NCBI GenBank assembly: GCA_044345405.1
Contig: JBIJBE010000020.1
Location: 1 to 63,543, forward strand
From: Bdellovibrionota bacterium
GTDB taxonomy: Bacteria; Bdellovibrionota_C; UBA2361; OMII01
Direction: 5' to 3'
Length of the DNA: 63,543 nt
The notes below the pieces were generated by a model. It was not told the DNA's origin. It saw only the letters and a program-made list of their open reading frames with translations, and ran no database searches. The translations under genes were made by a program, and so were the position numbers. This document shows, piece after piece, positions 61,328 through 63,543 of this stretch. The stretch's first letter is position 1. Each line of letters begins with the position of its first letter.

Positions 61328-62454
61328 TTCTTCAATCCCTTCATTACGTTAAGAACCTTGTCCACCTCTTCCGCGTTCCGTTGTCCCTCGAGGTGGTAGG
61401 TCTGCTTCGAGGTAACTGCCAGGAACACAAATGTTGGATACCTCTGTATCCGCAGTTCCGGGGCGAGTGCTTCTCCATTAACGAGCGGAAATGGGAAGGA
61501 GGTGATCTCGCCTACCCGTTTGAGCCCAGGAAGCGCGTAACTTCGCATAGTTAGGCCAAAGAACGAGACGTTAGGGTCGGTCTTATATTTTTCCTGAAGT
61601 GGTTTCAGGGACTTAGCCAAGCTCTTGGCGTTTGGGTCCCGTTCATCGAAGAAAATCAACACCTTAATCTTACCTGCGGGATCCACCGGGATCTGAGGGG
61701 CGAGCTTCTGAGGCTCTGTCCCCCGTCCTGTCGCCCAGTTATCTCCTTCAGCGGGAACGCCAGCGGCTGCAAGTGCCTGATCAGCCTGAAATTTCTGCTG
61801 CATCCGCTCCATCTTGGTCTTATCCATGAGGTCGCGGAGCTCAAGGCGGGTGGCCCCCATCTCGTCAGCCTCTGGATTAAGCTCCGCAGATGGCCGCTGG
61901 CCGGTCGCTTCCATGGCGAGGAGCTGGTAGTCGGTGGCCTTCGAAACGACCGACTTGATGCGATTGTTGCGCTCTGCGAGGGCAACCGAGTACTGCCATG
62001 CGAGCTCCTTATCGCCACTGTTAAGAGCTTCAAAAAGGGCTTTCATCTCAGGGGGAGATTCCTTCTGCGCGCGAATCGGAAGTGGCTCACTTGGAGAACC
62101 GTACTTAGCGATGATCTGCTCGCGTGTCATCGGTGTCTTGGGAGCGCTTTCGGTGGTAGCCGCGGTTTCAGCCTTGTTCGCGTCGATCGCGTTTTGAGCC
62201 GTTTTTACGGCCTCTTCAGCTTCTTTTTGAATGCGGACCTTGACCTCATCAACGGTGAGTGGGTAATCGCGATACACGATCTCGTGTGAGGAGTTCCCTT
62301 GAACTGGGGTGTTCCAATCGGTAGCCGCGCCTTTGCGCCAGAATCCCTTCTGCTCGTCGAAGGTCTTCTGCTCCTCGCTTACAGCCTGCGCAAACGAAGA
62401 CGCTGGCAGCGCGGCGATTAAAGCTGTGATGATGAGAGCGCGAAACGAACGCAT
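61324..62454 (-). CDS. exported thioredoxin-fold protein lacking CxxC, TraF-like
   Basis: Signal peptide (SFA-Q) and aromatic GFW motif. C-terminal VLIFF-DERDPNA...LQEKY...FPFP...LRIQRYPTFVFL fits a TraF-type thioredoxin fold. The stop overlaps the next start. Confidence 0.6.
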   Translation of the reverse strand: MRSFRALIITALIAALPASSFAQAVSEEQKTFDEQKGFWRKGAATDWNTPVQGNSSHEIVYRDYPLTVDEVKVRIQKEAEEAVKTAQNAIDANKAETAATTESAPKTPMTREQIIAKYGSPSEPLPIRAQKESPPEMKALFEALNSGDKELAWQYSVALAERNNRIKSVVSKATDYQLLAMEATGQRPSAELNPEADEMGATRLELRDLMDKTKMERMQQKFQADQALAAAGVPAEGDNWATGRGTEPQKLAPQIPVDPAGKIKVLIFFDERDPNAKSLAKSLKPLQEKYKTDPNVSFFGLTMRSYALPGLKRVGEITSFPFPLVNGEALAPELRIQRYPTFVFLAVTSKQTYHLEGQRNAEEVDKVLNVMKGLKK

Positions 62455-62644
62455 ACCTTCAAACTCGAAACGAGCAAACCTTCTACGTAAACATGGTCTA
62501 TTTGAGTTATGCCTCGATCATGCAGCCGTGATACCTAACCTGTCGAACTTTGTTCGTATTTTTACACTTTTGTGAAGATTTTGAGGTGTTTGGAGGTGTT
62601 CGGAATTGTCGGTTTAGGGAGGATGGTTCACGACTGGCTGCCTG

Positions 62645-62737
62645 GGAGGGCGAGCATTCCTGGTCGCCATAACATCGCTCAACTCAAGAGACCTTCGCCT
62701 CACGTAACCGCGTGGCGCGCAGGAATGCGCGCCCTCC
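62645..62737. repeat. inverted REP pair upstream of RAYT
   Basis: Copies at 62645-62668 and 62714-62737. Confidence 0.9.
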
Positions 62738-62800
62738 GAGGTCACGGGTCGCCAAGACGGTACCGCGCACATTTTCGCTCAGAGACCCGAAATACCCTTC

Positions 62801-63268
62801 ATGACGCGAAATCATAATTTTTCGGAGAGAAGAACTCCCTATCACTCGGCACATCATCGTAACGAATGCGACATCATCTTCCTCACGGTGTGCACCGACA
62901 AACGAATCCCAATCCTAGCCAACGATGCGTCACACCAGGTCCTTCGAGCCCTGTGGCAGGATACGAGTCACTGGCGGGTTGGACGGTATGTGATTATGCC
63001 GGATCATATTCATCTCTTCGCGGCACGAGCTAATCGCGGAACGGCTTCCCTTGAAAGATGGGTCGCTTGGTGGAAGAGAAAGTTTTCTCTCAGGGTTGGT
63101 GGCGTTTCCGCAACCTGGCAACAAAGTTTCTGGGATACCCGGATGCGGTCAGAGTCGCATTACCATGCGAAATGGTTGTATGTGAGAAACAATCCGGTGC
63201 GAAAGCAACTGGCGTATTCGCATGAGGATTGGATGTATCAAGGCGAGATATATGTGTTGAAGGCTTAA
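62801..63268 (+). mobile_element. REP-associated tyrosine transposase (RAYT, TnpA-REP; Y1 HUH family)
   Basis: FLTVCT, YVIMPDHIH (HUH), WQQSFWDTRMR and YVRNNPVRK (catalytic Tyr) motifs; REPs on both sides. Confidence 0.92.
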
Positions 63269-63272
63269 ACAT

Positions 63273-63543
63273 GGCGCGCAGGAATGCGCGCCCTCCGATG
63301 TCACGACCCGCACAACCGGAGGGCGACCATTCCTGGTCGCCAGAATATTGCGATTGGCAAACGACCATAGCAGAGCACACACACGGCGCGCAGGAATACG
63401 CGCCCTCCGATGTCACGACCCGCACAACCGGAGGGCGCCCATTCCTGGTCGCCAGAATATTGCGAATCGCAGACGCCTATCGCAGAACGCGAACACAGGG
63501 CGCGCAGGAATGCGCGCCCTCCGATGTTACGACCCGCACAACC
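63273..63543. repeat. tandem BIME-like REP array (~112-114-nt period), runs off the window end
   Basis: REPs at 63273, 63318, 63385, 63430 and 63499 with conserved linkers GATGTCACGACCCGCACAACC and AGAATATTGCGA. Confidence 0.92.

Overview
A 63.5 kb stretch of bacterial chromosome. The gene content is diderm (lnt, MlaA, OmpA, MltB, flagellin); the lineage cannot be fixed from sequence alone. About the first 49 kb is mostly housekeeping (dciA, ftsB, eno, lnt, thiolase, pckA, holA, mgtE, corA, glgP, ilvA and others), interspersed with orphan genes and about 22 copies of a GGAG-tagged REP palindrome. The likely cognate RAYT transposase lies at the right end. A SAM-I riboswitch precedes a cystathionine gamma-synthase-like gene. 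Three things stand out. (1) A double (internally duplicated) MoxR/CoxD-type AAA+ ATPase lies co-oriented with a 1053-aa protein apparently built from about 11-12 degenerate annexin-like repeats. (2) An array of six structured ~36-nt direct repeats (49.7-52.6 kb) brackets an AAA_14/DUF4143 gene and a Fic gene and encloses three short spacers; one spacer is a 54/59-nt copy of the neighbouring lipoprotein gene. (3) A highly diverged traF-traH-traG-like operon faces two orphan genes with hydrophobic hairpins, and a stand-alone VirD4-like coupling protein with an extra C-terminal domain lies about 47 kb away; no relaxase or integrase is visible, which suggests a domesticated F-type T4SS. All family calls come from motif recognition by eye; no database searches were run. 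No rRNA, tRNA or cas genes were recognised.
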